64,000 bases of DNA from the human T2T-CHM13v2.0 reference genome, Homo sapiens: the NCBI RefSeq assembly GCF_009914755.1, contig NC_060936.1, one strand, 5' to 3'. A model generated the notes under the pieces. It did no database searches. It had not been told where the DNA came from and was given only the letters and a program-made list of their open reading frames with translations. This document shows, in pieces, positions 45,721 through 60,784 of the stretch (its first letter is position 1; every line of letters begins with the position of its first letter). A program made the translations under genes and the position numbers.

Positions 45721-48700
45721 TTCAGTACTGCAAATGAAAGCAAGTGACTTTGTTATAGGAATACTCTAATCTCCTCTAATTTGTTACTTAAAAAAATCAT
45801 ATGCACAATTCAGGATTCTCATTATCAATGCATTATATGTTGTATATGTTAGAAAGTATCATATAAAGTGTGTCAGAGCCTAATGACTGGAAATTGACAT
45901 CATGCGACATGTGCAAATTTTTATATGCAAAGTTGGCTTACATCCCTGAAGATTGAGGAAATTGTGACACATATGAGAATCCTTAAACTTGATACCATAT
46001 TTAGATAGCAATCATTTCTTTTTTAACAAGAGTTGATTTAATGAGCTTTATCACACCTGCCAATCAGTTCTAAGAACTAGCCAATTAGGTATAAAGCCAG
46101 TGTATCAAGATCAAAAGAAAAAAAGTGATCAACTTGATTTAACTGATTTGATTTTTTTCTCTTCACTTTCAATGAAAATGATTTAGGCAATATAATTAGC
46201 CAAATAACCAACTTTACTATATTTCTCCCTGTGGAAATGATTAGGGCCACCATTAGAAAGGGCAAGCAGCTCAAAAAGAATGTGGATTTTTGGAGACACA
46301 TAGACTTGAATTTAATTCTCAGCCTTGACAAGTAGTTTCATGGAATTAAGTAATCTATTACTGACTTTTCTGAGATTATTTTCCTCAATAATAATTCCCT
46401 GACAGTGTTACAAAAGGATTTGATTAAATAGTTTTTGCAAAGAGCTAATAAGGTAGCTGAAAGCTAAGATCCTCTATTTTTTGCTTTTTTTCTTTTGTAT
46501 ATAAGATGTTTTCCTACGTCGTTACTTAACTCATGCTCTTCCTATTTTCTAATTTTATAAGCATCCAGTCTTTTTAGTTTGATTTTAAACTTCCTGTACA
46601 GCTATTTTATGCTACTTTGGTAACTCATATACAAGGAATCAATTTGCTTCATAATAGTCTTGCAATTAATTTGTCACACAACATATACGGTACTGTAAAT
46701 AAATATAATTTATGGACAGAGAAACAAAGGAGAGGGAAAAAGAGACACAAAGCTTTGAGTTTAAAACATAGAATAAAATTACATAGACAGAACAGAAATA
46801 GGGCAAAAGAGAATAAAGAAGAAAAGGGCAGCAAGAGAGAAAAATGTAGATCTCCACAAAAGAACAGCGTGTACAGAGTGTAGAGAGAAAATGGCATGGA
46901 ACTCAGATCAAGTCCCGGTTCCTGTTATTTCCTAGGTGATCTTGCAAGGAGCCTCACGGTTCAATGGCAAAAAATGAAGGTGAAATTAGCGGACATCCAA
47001 AAGTCACTTTCAGAACTAAGTACTTTCAAAATTAAAATAAATAAATAAATTATATATATATATATATATATGTGTATATATAACCAATTGAGTCTATAAT
47101 ATTTAAAAATTTTTAAATGTAGTAGAAGGAAAATGTTTACAACTTATACTTTTTAAGCTCCTGTAAACTAAATCATTGATGGGATCGGCAGCTTAATGAA
47201 GAAGTTTGTCAGTGCTGATGCTAATAAGGCTGGCATTTTTTAAAGTTTAAAGTGACACTACTCAAAGCATATCTAATCAGGCACAATAGAATGATCAGAG
47301 AACATATTAGAACTTGGCAGGTACCTAGAGCAAACGTCACATCAAGTATTTGGTAAAATACATATTCAAAGATGATTGTAGCTATCACAGAAGTTCTTAT
47401 ATCAAATCATAGCTCCATTGAGAAAAAATAAAAATGATTATTCAGTAAGCTTACAAATATGACTATATGCAAAACAAGAACTATAAACCTTTGGGAAACA
47501 AAGTAAAGAATAAAATATCAGTAAGTAAAATTACCTGGTAAAGATTATTATAGAGTGTTATTTCCTTATCTGAAAGATAAAAGTTATAAAATTAAAAGGC
47601 AGATCAGAAAAGACTACATCACTTAGGTAGATGGATATTGTCCTTTTATATTTTAACAGACTAGGACATTTACTATTCATTACGGTAAGAGGGGCAACCT
47701 AAAATTTTAATATTTAAAAGGTAAATCTGAGTGCTTATTGTATGTCATACATTATCACCCCTGGAATGTTGAAAAACAGATTTTTGTCTGTTTTATTTTA
47801 TATTACTAGAATATACGTTTTCCTCTACCATCAGTGCCTAGAATTATGTAGTGTGTGCTACATAATCCAAGTTGGTAAATATTTGCTAAAGAAATGTCTA
47901 TCTTCATGACAACCCTATAACATTTATAACTCTTTTTTACTGCAGAAGAAACTGAAAAAGACAAAGTTTAAATAATTTTTGAAGATTATAGTGTAACTAA
48001 TTGCAAAGTTGGAATTTGGATTTTGCTTTCTCTTACCTCAACATATTTTTCCCTTTATACCAAGAGGATGTCTGATTAACTCGATGTATAAAAGGACTGA
48101 TAACAAAAATAAGCATCATATCATTTATGAAACAATTACTCTTTGCTGTGTAAAATGTGTTAAATGCTTTCCATAAATTATTTCATTTAAGCTTTATGAT
48201 AACCCTACGAGATAGAGTTTCTTAGGTAAAAGTTTCTTATCTAAAACTAGATAGCCTGGTTTCCAATCCCGACTTTTCTACTTACTAGCCATGTGACCCC
48301 CAAGTCAATTGTTTAAATTTTTCATTTCTTTAGTTCCCTCATGGTGATGCTATGAGGGATTACATTTGCTAAAATATGTAGACCACATGATATAGTATCT
48401 GGCAAATAGTAATAAATTTTTGTTTGCATATGAGAACATTGAGGTGAAGATAAATTAATATTCCTTAAAGTTTTGAGATGTAGCTAATAAGGAGCCAATG
48501 AATAGCATGCATTCCTCTGTCTGAATTCTGAGACAATTGAGAAATAACGTCAAGAAGTGTATAGTGATTTGGCATCTTTCACCAAATTTAAGACCCAATT
48601 AGTGTTAAGATTCATGCAATTTTTAGAGAAGTTCAAAGGTAAATAAACACAAAAATAGGGTAGCTAGCAGTGATGGTAAGATTCAATTAACTTTAGAGGT

Positions 48701-48877
48701 ATTAAAATCTCAAAATAATATGTAGTTTAGAATAAATGAAATATGTCAAGTAGTAAATTTTAATTTTTACTTTTATTACTGGCTAAGCTAATTTTAAAGA
48801 ACGCAAAATATATCTGTGAGTGAGTGAACTTAGTGAAACTCAATCCTATAATTAGACACAACATTTTAAATTCAGGC

Positions 48878-48921
48878 AATTACAGGCATTACTGGGCTAA
48901 ATTACAGGCATTACTGGGCTA
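48878..48921. repeat. Perfect 22-bp tandem duplication
   Basis: AATTACAGGCATTACTGGGCTA twice. Confidence 0.95.
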
Positions 48922-49156
48922 CCACAGGCTGTTCATTTAGGAATGCGATTCCTTTGCATGGCAAAGATGAGCTAACTAAGACATGTGAGAGACAGGTCAT
49001 TTCCCTAGATGAAGGAGAAAGGCAGAGGCTAGGCTGTGGATCCTCGATTTCTCCTTCCACTTAATAATTGAATTACTCCTATAGAAGAGGCCAGGAGTGT
49101 GGGTTGTGCTAGCAAGCACTATTCCCTTCCGATGAAGGGATATAAGGGACCAATAG

Positions 49157-49568
<412 letters not shown>

Positions 49569-50227
49569 TGTGCTAAGCATATTTAAAAGACAGAAAGAAT
49601 AGTATATATTCAATAAGACATTTAAAAAATTACTCTCAGAATGAGCTGTGACTTATGAAAAATGCTAATGATTCAGTCACGCAAGTTTAAATTTGGAGCA
49701 AAGAACTACAATTGGATGAACCAACTCTGAGAAGAAAATATTGAAATTTATACAAAGGCAACCAAATAACTAAAGTTCTAATTTATTAAGAAGGATTTGT
49801 GCTTAAATAAGCTCATGTTTTTATATCCAAATACATTATAGCTAAACTTAGGGAAATATTTGTAATATTTAGTCCAACAGTTTTCAAGATTAATATTCAA
49901 GTATTCCTAGAGAAGTGTGATTTTTAGAAATGAATGAAAGATCAATATTGACTTTTCTAGAAGGTGGCAAAAAATGAAAATTGGTGAAATGGATAATATT
50001 TGTTGGCAATATGGTAAAGCATTATTAAAGTGATAACGTGAACTATTAAGAAGAGATCACTTGCAGCCATCATGGGTTTCATTCAAATAAACTATTCAAA
50101 ATCTCTGTGCTCTATATCAAATCACTGTACTTTAATCATTCTCATTACTGTCAGCACTATTATCTTCATCTACTTGGTGGTACCTTTCCTTCATTCATTG
50201 AGAACTTTGTTGATTCCCACACACCAA

Positions 50228-50630
50228 TGTATAGTGGGACTATGGCAGTCGTGAAACTGCACCATTTAGATTTTCTAATGGGGGAAGTGGAGTTGACCGA
50301 CAGCCCCAGATATCAACTCTTTCGGCCCATCATTGCCTTTATATTAAAGCTATGCTTTTCCCTGGCTACTCCTAAGCAAAAACTGAGCTATACCCATGGT
50401 AAGTGAGACTCATCTGGGAAGCTTTGGCTCAAGGACTTCCCATTGTTCCAGCCATGACTTTCTTACAGCAATGTGAGACTCTTCTGACCTAATCCTTTTT
50501 CCTTTTCCTTCTCTTGCTAGATGTGTCAGACCAGCACTGTGGTCTGAAGTTCTTACCTATGCCTGCTTCTTTCCCCTTCCTCTTTCCCTTCATAGTTATT
50601 TCTTCGAATAAATTCTTAAGTGTCTAACAT
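50228..50630 (+). mobile_element. LTR16-like ERVL solo LTR
   Basis: GTTGACCGACAGCCCCAG...GTGTCAGACCAGCACTGTGGTCTGAAG...AATAAA motifs. Confidence 0.6.
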
Positions 50631-51877
50631 AGTGCATTTGATAGCCTGGGGGGGTTACTTATCTGTGATACAGTGAATCATTTTTTGGAAAATGTAAAGC
50701 TCTTTCTCTAACAAAATGCACTTTTCTTTTTGCCTTTGCAATTCCTTGCATTTAGGGTAGTGTATGTTTCTTATTTCTATTATTATTGGACTTTTTATGT
50801 GTGCATCTTGCTTTGGCCAATAGGATATGGGAAGAAATGGCAATTTGCTAGTTTGGGGCAGGGATCATGAAACACTGAGTTTTTTTCTGCTTGCCCTGTT
50901 GTGTGGTTGCCATTCTCCATGAGAATATACCCTGGATAGCTGTTGAACCAATGAAAAGGAAAAAAGATGTGAAGATTTCTGATTCAAAACCAAAGTTTTG
51001 AGCCAATCACAACCAATCTACAACCTGAAACAGAGCCTCATAAATGACTGTAGCAATATGACAGAGAAAAACACTTACTGCTTAAGCCACTAAATTTTAG
51101 GGTGATTTATTATGGATCATTCTCTGACAAATACACCATCTAACAACTACCTAGTCAAAGATATCTCAAATAAATATAAGCATTTATTTTTGTTCAATTT
51201 TATCAATTTAGTCTCCTGGCCAAACATTGAATGCTGCTATCATATAAGTTGTACCACTTCTAACTTCTTAAATTCCCATATATTAATTTTTATCACACGT
51301 TCTTATTGTTCCAACTTTTAATTTCCTCAAAATGCTTGATGTTTGACCTCATTGAGACTTCCTCCCTTCATTTTTAATCTTAGTCTATTTTCCAATCTGA
51401 CTTCAAAGCTTTCCTTTTTTTAAACCTTGATCCCAGTGTGTATCATTTCAATCGCTGTCAGCACATTGACCATTCTGAACCGCCTTACTTTTCATCACAT
51501 CTGCTCTAAAAGCTCTCAAACTTGAATCATTCCAACTATCAGTATTCTTTCCTTCTACAGATTTCAAATGCTGAATGATATTGGAAAAACAATACATAAA
51601 TTTCAATGTTGGGGATATTATAAATTTGCTATGTCCAACATCAAGTAGTTATCAAGTCTTGTCAGTCACTTATAGACAAACATTGAGCTCCTAGAATTCT
51701 ACACCACTACTGTTATATATAAATGCACTTAGTACTCTGTAATATGACAATTTGAAATGTTGGTAATTACTATTCTTCTTTGTCATTCAAAAGCGTTTGA
51801 TAATTGGCTCCCAATTACCTTTGAAAAAGCTCTGCCAGTTTACTATCAAGCAGAAAGAATCCAACTTAACTCTAGGC

Positions 51878-52118
51878 CAGGGATTCTAAATATTGGCACT
51901 ATTGACATTTTAGGTCAGCTCACTCTTTGAAGAGAATGAAGGAGCTGGAAATTGGCCTATAGATGTTTAGGAAATGTTTAGCTGTATCCTTGGTTTCTCC
52001 TCACTAGATGCTAGTAGCAACATTCTCCTCGCAAGGTGAGAAAATAAAAAATGTCTCCAGAGAGTGCCACATCTCTTCTGAATATGATGTCAAAATCACC
52101 CACAGTTGAGAGCCACTA
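51878..52118 (+). mobile_element. MER20 (hAT-Charlie)
   Basis: GGCACTATTGACATTTT...AAAATCACCC.CAGTTGAGAGCCACT; 8-bp TSD CTCTAGGC / TTCTAGGC. Confidence 0.85.
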
Positions 52119-52178
52119 TTCTAGGCTGTAACCATTGCTATATGTGTTTGTTAAGGTTTAGCAAAATTATATAATCAA

Positions 52179-52517
52179 TGTTATGGTCTAGATGCTTGTG
52201 CCTCACCATAATTTGTATGTTGAAGCCCAAACCCAAGTGCAATAGTATTAAGAGTTGGGGCCTTTAGGGGATGAAGTCTTCATGAATGGGACTAGTACCC
52301 TTATAAAAGAGGGGCTAGAGAGCTCATTCACCCTTCCTGCCATGTAAGAACACATAGAAGGAATTATCTATGAGGAACAGGCCCTCTGCAGCCCCTGAAT
52401 CTTCTGGCACTTTGATCTTGGGTTTCCCAGCCTCCAGAACTGTCAGCAATAAATTCCTGTTGTTGATGAGTTACCCAGTCTAAATAATACATTATAGCAG
52501 CCCAAGTTGACTTAGAA
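52179..52517 (+). mobile_element. MLT1A-like MaLR solo LTR
   Basis: TGTTATGGTCT...CCCAGCCTCCAGAACTGT...AATAAA...TTATAGCAGCCC. Confidence 0.75.
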
Positions 52518-53848
52518 AGTAGGCTACCAAAACTCTGTTTGCATAAGTCTGTGGAAATTCTTGGGATATTTACCTTAACTTGAGAAAGAGAGAATATGAC
52601 AACAAAATGTGATTTATGATGGTCTTAATATTAAGGGTGAATAAAAGAAAAACAGTATGTTATTTCCTGGGCCTATGTCTCTGAGCATATGCCCATGGGC
52701 ATTAGAGAGAAACTTATTTTCATTAAAGAGATGGCAGTGTCCATCTCTCTTGTCTTAGCATTTCTCTACCAAAGGTTAGTAGAACTGAAAAAAAAAAAAG
52801 ATGAGACAAATTATCCTTTGCTTTGTCCTGTGTCACTTTGAGAGTTCTTCTGGTGCATTAGCAGTGGTACTTAGTAGTAGCAGAAGAGCTGTCTTGGAGA
52901 TATGAAGGTGCCCACCAAGAAAGGTGATATTACTGCTGCAGTAGCAGTAGTAGACAAAAGTCATAGTAGTACCCAGAAAAGTGGTGGTATGTGGACAGGA
53001 GTGAGAGTAGGGAAGAGAGAAGGGAACCAAAGAGAAAACAATTTGATTATTATGAAGTAGTATTTGTCAGATTAATCTTGTCAAAACTTACTATATACTT
53101 AGATTTTTTTAAATGAGGAAAATTTAAGTCATTTAGGGTTTAAAGGGCCAGCATTCTAATGAGAAGGAGAATTTATTGAGGTCAGCCATACGTTTGTACC
53201 TGCTTTCCCCTCATGATATTTGCTGATTCACAATATAAAGCACAGAGACCTAGCAGAAATTAGTGGCCCAGAGTTTTCAGTAATCTCTGGTCTGGGGAGA
53301 AAAACACTGAAATTTGAGACTATTAAGGTATCTAGGATTTGAAACACCAAGGTCTCAGAAGAAACACACACACACACACAAATATTTGCCTACATTCTGT
53401 ATGCAGTTTCTCTATAGAACATTTGCTGGCTTTTCAAATGAGCACAGATAGGGCAAAATTGATAAAAGCTAAGTGGAAAAACTCAATAAGCTTAAGGGGA
53501 TAGAGAGACAAAAGTTGGAGTTCAGGACTCTCCAAGGTGTCATGGCCCTGGGAAACCCTTCTAGTTAATAAAGTAGAGAGGCCATGACTAGGAAAAAAGA
53601 ACACATTTGAGGTAGACTAGCCTCAATTGTATCAATATGCACTGTTTTTATGTAATCTGATGTCCAGAAGTAACAAATTATTTGTGGAGAAAAGAATAAC
53701 ATTCATAGCCTTATAATTATTTTATATAAAATTATTAACATTCACTAAAACATAAAGAGGACCAAAAGAAAACATGAGAAAAAAACAGACATTTAATACA
53801 GGCAAATCAGATTATGGCCTTTAAAATAACTGTGATTAATATGTTTAA

Positions 53849-54349
53849 TCATTTTCCCATCTAGAAACAAAAGTGCAACTCACTGCCAGTGCTCTTAATT
53901 TTACATTAACACTCTCTTTGAGGCTGAAGCAAATCTGAGTGATTTTCATTGTGAAAATAAAATATAAAAACTGTTCTTGGAGTTATTTCTAAACAGAAAT
54001 AATATCAGAATCATCAGAATTGTCTATTTTGGAAAATTGGATTCATCAAATGAATTTTTGGCCAACAACTGTTTGAGAACGATGTTAACATCATGTGTAG
54101 GAATGCTACATTGTCTAGGATTTGACATTTTCAGTGATCAGGAATTACTATATTTTGCAAATGGAGATATGAACACTAAAAACAGAATGCTCATAAATAG
54201 AATGATGTCTTTTGTTTCCAAAGTTTATATACTGGAACGGTGCAAAAAAATTAATAAAAGTGAGATATTTCGTGGCAAAGTTATCTTAGCATAAATGCCG
54301 CAGCTGCAAGTGCCGCCAGTGAGTATTCTTGAAACAAATGGGAAAAGGG
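53849..54349 (-). mobile_element. MER75 (piggyBac-family MITE)
   Basis: TTAA TSDs 53845-53848 / 54350-54353; TIRs TCATTTTCCCAT ... ATGGGAAAAGGG; about 500 bp. Confidence 0.88.
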
Positions 54350-54522
54350 TTAAGAATATAGAGTAAAATAAGAATTTCAACAGCATCTTGAATCTATAAA
54401 AAGTAGACAATAAAAATATAAAATTGTAAAATAAAATACTTGAATTTAAGAGTTCAGTAAACACATTAAAAGCAGACTTGATACAGCAAAAAAAAAAAAA
54501 AAAATATATCATCAATGAACTA

Positions 54523-55377
54523 TGTTACGACTTGAACGTTTCTCAGAAAATCCCTGTGTTAGAAACTTAATTCCCAATGCATCAGAGTTGGGATGTGGAT
54601 GCTACAGTTTGGGTGTGGTTTATCCCTGTGAAAAATCATGTCGAAATTCGATTCCCAAAATGTGGCAGTGTTTGGAGGTGGAGTCTACTGAAAGGTGTTT
54701 GGGTCATGGGGTGGATCCTTAATGAATATATTACTCTCTGTGGAGGTGGGGGATGAGTGAGTTCTGGCTCTTGAAAAAATGTATTAGTTCTTGGGAAAGC
54801 AGATTGTTAAAAATAGTCTGGCTTCTTTGGTTTCTCTCTATTGCTTCTTCTCTCTTCATGTGATCTCTGCACATACCAGAATTCCTTCACCTTCCTCCAT
54901 GCGTGCAAGCACACGAGGACCTCACCAGATACTGAAGCCCAATCTTGAAACTTCCAGCCACCAGAATCTTGAGCCAAATAATCCTCTTTTCTTTATAAAT
55001 TACCCTCAGCCTCAGGCATTCTGTTATAGCAACACAGCAACACTAAACAGGTCAAGACGTCGGGCCTTTTGTGAGATGTTTAGGTCATGAAGACTGAGTG
55101 CCCTCATGAATGGACTAATGCCATTATAAAAGGAGTTGGTGGAGGAAGCTTGGTCCTTTGTGCCCTTCTACCTTCTGCCATGTGAGGACACAGTGTTTCT
55201 CCCCTCTGAAGGACACAGCATTTAAGGTCCCATCTTGAAGGCAGAAAGCAGTCTTCCCCAGATGCCCGTGCCTTGATCTTAAACTTCACAGTTTCTGGAA
55301 CTGTGAGAAGATTTCTATTCTTTATAAATTACCTACTCCGTGGTATTCTCTTATAGCAGGACAAATTGAAAAAGACA
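54523..55377 (+). mobile_element. MST-type MaLR LTR with a second MST LTR nested at about 54600-55059
   Basis: Two MaLR starts and two ...TTATAGCA...AAGAC ends; outer 5-bp TSD AACTA / AACTG. Confidence 0.75.
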
Positions 55378-57672
55378 AACTGGAAGATAAATCAACAAAA
55401 AATATCTTGAGAAATATTAAAAAGAAGATAAATGGCATATAGGACATTATAACATTATTAAGCATACCATGCCCTATTACTCCCTACTGTAAGAGACGTG
55501 AGAAAATGAGGAAAAAAAATATTTCAACAAAAATGGGCTAAAATATTGCTAGCTGATGAAACATATCAAACTGATCAATGCAATGAAATATACCCATAGG
55601 CACAGAGCATAGTAAACTGACTACTAAACTAAAGAAAAAAAATCTCAATGAAAAACAGAGAAAGACATTATGTTTTCTAGGAGCAACAATATGATGGCAT
55701 ATTTTTCAATAGAAAGATAATATAATAAAATATTCACTTTAATATTCTGGGGAAAAATAACTGCTAACAAAAACCCAACCAAAATCTCCAAAAAGGAAGG
55801 TGAAAGATGCTTTTCTACAAATAAAAGGTGAAATCACTGGTTAGCATCAAGATCAAACTAAAAGAAATTCTAATAGAAGTTCTTCAGAAAGAATCAAAAT
55901 TATTCCAGCTGGAAGTTTGGAAAAGCAAGAAGGAGTGAAGCCCACCAGAATCCAAAATCTTTTGAGTAAACCTAAATATATATGGAGTCCTTAAAGATCT
56001 TTTGGGTTTCAAAAATATATATATAGAGAGAGATTTAACATACTTTAAAACAATTGCCCAAAAGGTTTTTAAGGACATTGAATTAGCCTGATTGTGATAA
56101 TAATGCTAGTCTAAGGCAGAAAAGAAAGCATGTTTTTATGTAACTATTAAAAGAAAGTAATAGAAATAGGCAGACAAAATAATAAAAGATAGTAAAACTG
56201 AACAAAGAGGAAATGAGGTAAGTGAAAAACAAATAGTAAAGCAGGAGATTTAAAACCACAAATATCAGTAGATAGATAAACGAAAATAAACTTAATCCGA
56301 ATAATCTCAATAATCAAAACAAGAGACAACACTCTGAGACAGGAATAAAGAACCACTGGGTTTGCTGCTTGAAATGGACAAGCTATCAATATAAGGTCAC
56401 AGAAAGTTTGAAAGTAAATAATGTGATAAACATACCAGGCAAAAGCTAGTCCAAAGTATGTTGTAAGTATGTTGTAGCAATACTAATATTAGAACAAATA
56501 AAAGTATTACTAAATGTAAAAGGAAATATTTTATTGTAATAAAAGGGGAAATTCAACAGAAAAATACGAGAAAGCCAAAGCATAGATACAATTTACAAAA
56601 TCATAGCAGGAGGACACATAACAAATGAAAAGAAACTAAAAGGACACATAACATAAAAATAAAAGAACACATAATAAATCCATTAATTAGAGATTTCATA
56701 GAACCCTTTCAATAACTGGTTAGAACAGGTAAACCTAAATTTGGAAAATATATAGAAAATTTCAAGAGTTTATTAAAATTGAGCTAATAGGCATATGCTG
56801 AAATTCAGAAAGTCCATAGAACAAGTCTAAATAAATGATAAAGGACTGTATAATTCAGAATATATTTCCTAACAACAATTGTATTAATTTGGGAACCAAT
56901 AACAGAAACATATGTGGACATGTTTCAAAAATTTAAATAACAAATAGGTTATAAGAAATTTAAAAATATTTTAATTTGAATGAAAATAAAAGCACAGCAT
57001 ATTAGAATGTGTGAGAGAAATGTTTCTCTTGGTAAAAGGTAATGTAAAATCCATGATTCCAGTTTCCATGTTAAGAAGGTAGAAAAATAAGTATGAATTA
57101 AACCTAAATTAAATGAAAGAAATATAATGATGAAAATAAAACAGAAATAGAAGAAACATTAATCAATACATTCAAAAGTAAGATTGATGAAAAAACTGAA
57201 AACACAAATTAGTAATAAAGGATTGAATGTGACGACATTGCTGTAGATTCTATTCATATCAAAAGGATAAGAAAATATGAATAAATTGATGCTATTATTG
57301 GTAATAAATCAGAAAAAATAGATAAATTCTGTTTAAAAAACAATTAGCTAAATTAACACAAGAAGACATTTTAAAAGTAAAATTAGCCATGTCTGTTAAA
57401 GAAATTGAAAGCATGTTAAGAAACAGCACTTCAAGTAATAGACCTTCAAGTCCAATTATAGCACTGGTTGGACTTTATTTTTCCATCAACAAAGAAGAAA
57501 TAATACACTATAAAAACTCCCTCAGGAAAAAGAAGAAAAGGGGGCAAAAGAAGGATTATTTTTGGCAGCCAGCATAATCCTCACACTAAATTCTGTCCAA
57601 AGTATCACAAGAAAAGAGAATTTTATATTGATGTCACTCATGAACCTAAACAAAAAATTTTTTACCAAAATA

Positions 57673-58618
57673 CAGCTTATCCTTTTTTTATGATTCAGAT
57701 TCCATATTTGTGAATTTTTCTATTTGCCAAAAATTTTTTGTAATTCCAAAATCAATACTCCGGGTGCTTTCATAGTCATTTGCAGATGGGCATAGAACAG
57801 TAAAAAATTGAGTCGCCAAATGCACATGTTCCCAGCTGCCTTTGTATTTCAGGTTTCATACTCTACAACAGTGGTCCCCAACCTTTTTGGCACCAGGGAC
57901 CAGTTTCGTGGAAGACAGTTTTTCCACGGACAGGGATGGGGAGTGGCAGCGAGGGGGGCATTCAGGAGGAAACTGTTCCACCTCAGATCATAAGGAGCAC
58001 ACAACCTAGATCCCTTGCATGTGCAGTTCACAATAGGGTCTGTGCTCTTACGATAATCTAATGCTGCCACTGATCTGACAGGTAAAGCTCACTTGCCCAT
58101 CACTCACCTCTTGCTGTGTGCCCCGGTTCCTAACAGGTCAGGGACCGGTACTAGTCCATGACCTGGTGGTTGGGGGCCCTTGCTGTAAACCAGGGTTTTT
58201 TTTCACAGTCTATTTAGTCCCACATTTTTTCACATTTTTGTGGTTTCTTTGTTAACAGTTTTGCAATTTAAAATGGCTCCTAAACATAGTGCTCAAGTGC
58301 TCCTGAGTGCAAGAAGTCTATGATGTAACTTCAGGAAAAGATAAAGATGTTAGGTAAGCTTTGGTCAGGCGAGTTATAGTGTTGTTGGCCATGAGTTCAT
58401 TGTTAATGAACCAACAAGGTATATTTTGTTCAATGTATATGTGAACAGAAATACACATGAAACAAGGTTAAATGTTGATTGGTTGATGAAAATGTAGTGA
58501 CTAGCAGTTTATAGGAACCTAATTCTGTCCTCTAATAGCAGTGGTTCCATATTCACAAATTCAGTATTTGTGGCAATTTTAAGAAGCATAACTTCCACAA
58601 ATATCAAGAATAAAATGT
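57673..58618 (+). mobile_element. MER82 (TcMar-Tigger) with nested MER1B
   Basis: GATTCCATATTTGTGAATT...AAAATCAATACTC...AAAAATTGAGTCGCC...GTTCCCAGCTG; TA flanks. Confidence 0.75.
57869..58182 (+). mobile_element. MER1B (hAT-Charlie)
   Basis: CAGTGGTCCCCAACCTTTTTGGCACCAGGGACCAGTTTCGTGGAAGAC...GGTTGGGGGCCCTTG termini. Confidence 0.85.
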
Positions 58619-60405
58619 ATGTATTAGCACCTTGGAGCCAACAACATAGTAAGGTAGATGAGTAATTAGCTCTGAGACTGAGAATGACTGAAGTGGTCAA
58701 GAGACTAGGTTACAGTTTAAGAATTCATCCAACTATACTTTTATACTTTATGTATTTATATATGCCATACATCAGGAATATTTACAAAAGAATAAAAAGG
58801 AGGTAGGATATCAGTAATAGTCCTCTTTTTGAGCACACAATCTTGAGACCCACATATGTTCCAATACATTCCTCTAACATCTTTCATTACCAATCCATTA
58901 TCCACCATTTAAACATGTTCAGTTCGATGCACTTACTCCTTATTCTTCTTGCTTCTTTCCTTGGATCTGCTTCTTCCTACCAGCTTTATCTTTTGTATGT
59001 GGTTTTGAGATCTGCTTTTTAGATGTGACTCCTAAGACCTTCAGTGCTGTGAATTACCCAACAACACCCCTGAGCTGCAAGATCAGAGGAAAGATCCACA
59101 AAATTTGGAAAATCAGATAAGTTTTTAAAAAAATCATTTCCAGTTTTGCTGAAATTCGTTGTGTATCAAGGTGAAATCTGGAACTATCATCTCAAAGGAC
59201 TGAATCACAGCCATGATTTCAGTTATGCCAAATAATGTTTTCATGGAAAAACTTAATACCTCGGTGTTAATGTGTAAGGGTGGTTAATTAACTGCTCTAA
59301 CAGATATATGCTAACATGTATAACAGCTTAAGCACAAGGAGAAATTTGTATGTCATTCACATACAAATTCAAGATTGTAACACATCTGCCTTGGGAGGGT
59401 TTGTACAATCCTTCAGAGACCCAGAGTGACTGAGGTCCTGACAACTTCAATATGTGGTTGAAATCCATAGAATGAATTCTGTGAAATTTATAGAACGGAA
59501 GAGTGGATGTGGGTGGTTATATGGGTGCAGTCCAGAAATGGTGAACATCACTTCTATGGACAATTATTGGCAAGAACTCAGTCACATAACCACACTTAAG
59601 GGAAATATGATCAAGTTTGGTTTCCAGGAACAGAGGAAAACATGGATTTTGGTAAATAGCCACTTTCACCATACCTAGCAAGTATAATGCTGTTGGAGAT
59701 TTCAGATATGATTATCTGGTGTCATTTAAAAATATCTATTACTATGACCTTTATGCAGAGTGGCATAATACCTTGAACTTTTTTGGACTTGCCATTAGTC
59801 TTTCATACAAACCAAAACACTTTGCAAAGAAGAGGTCAAATGCAAGACAGATTTCAGAGATTTGATACAACCAGTGATTTATTTCAGAAAGCACCAATGT
59901 AATTATAGCAATTGGGAGATTATTTTAAAATTGGTGAGAATCGTAGACATGGGGTTCAGTTTTTGTAAACCTGTCTGCCTGTAGAACTAGATAATGACAC
60001 GTGCACTATTATAAGCATGCCTGGTGCTGCCACGTGGTCAGTTTAACCTCTGGTTCTCAGCTGGATTCACTTTAAAGTTGGAGACTGCCAGTGCTTTCTG
60101 TAATGACTCTTTTCTTGTTCTTCCTCTTTCCATTTCAGCAGTTAACCATTTTTGTCCTGCTTCTCATAACTTCATACATGGATCATTTCAACAGACTCCT
60201 ATCTGTTGTCCCTCAGTTCTGTTTTACGCCAGTCCATCCTTGATAGTGCTTACAAAATCTTCCTGAAACAGTGGTTCATCATCTCTCTTTTCTTTTCCAG
60301 AATAATGTGATTCCTGGTTTCTTGCTGAATCAAATATAAGGCTATCCACTTTTCTCCTTTTAAATCTTGCTTTTATCAGCCTAAAGTATCTTCATGAACG
60401 CTTAA

Positions 60406-60784
<379 letters not shown>

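Larger units (their letters stand above)
53150..57670 (+). mobile_element. Decayed old L1M (ORF1/ORF2 region) hosting MER75 and MaLR LTRs
   Basis: Long A-rich tract collinear with L1 ORF1-ORF2 words; no intact ORF. Confidence 0.55.
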
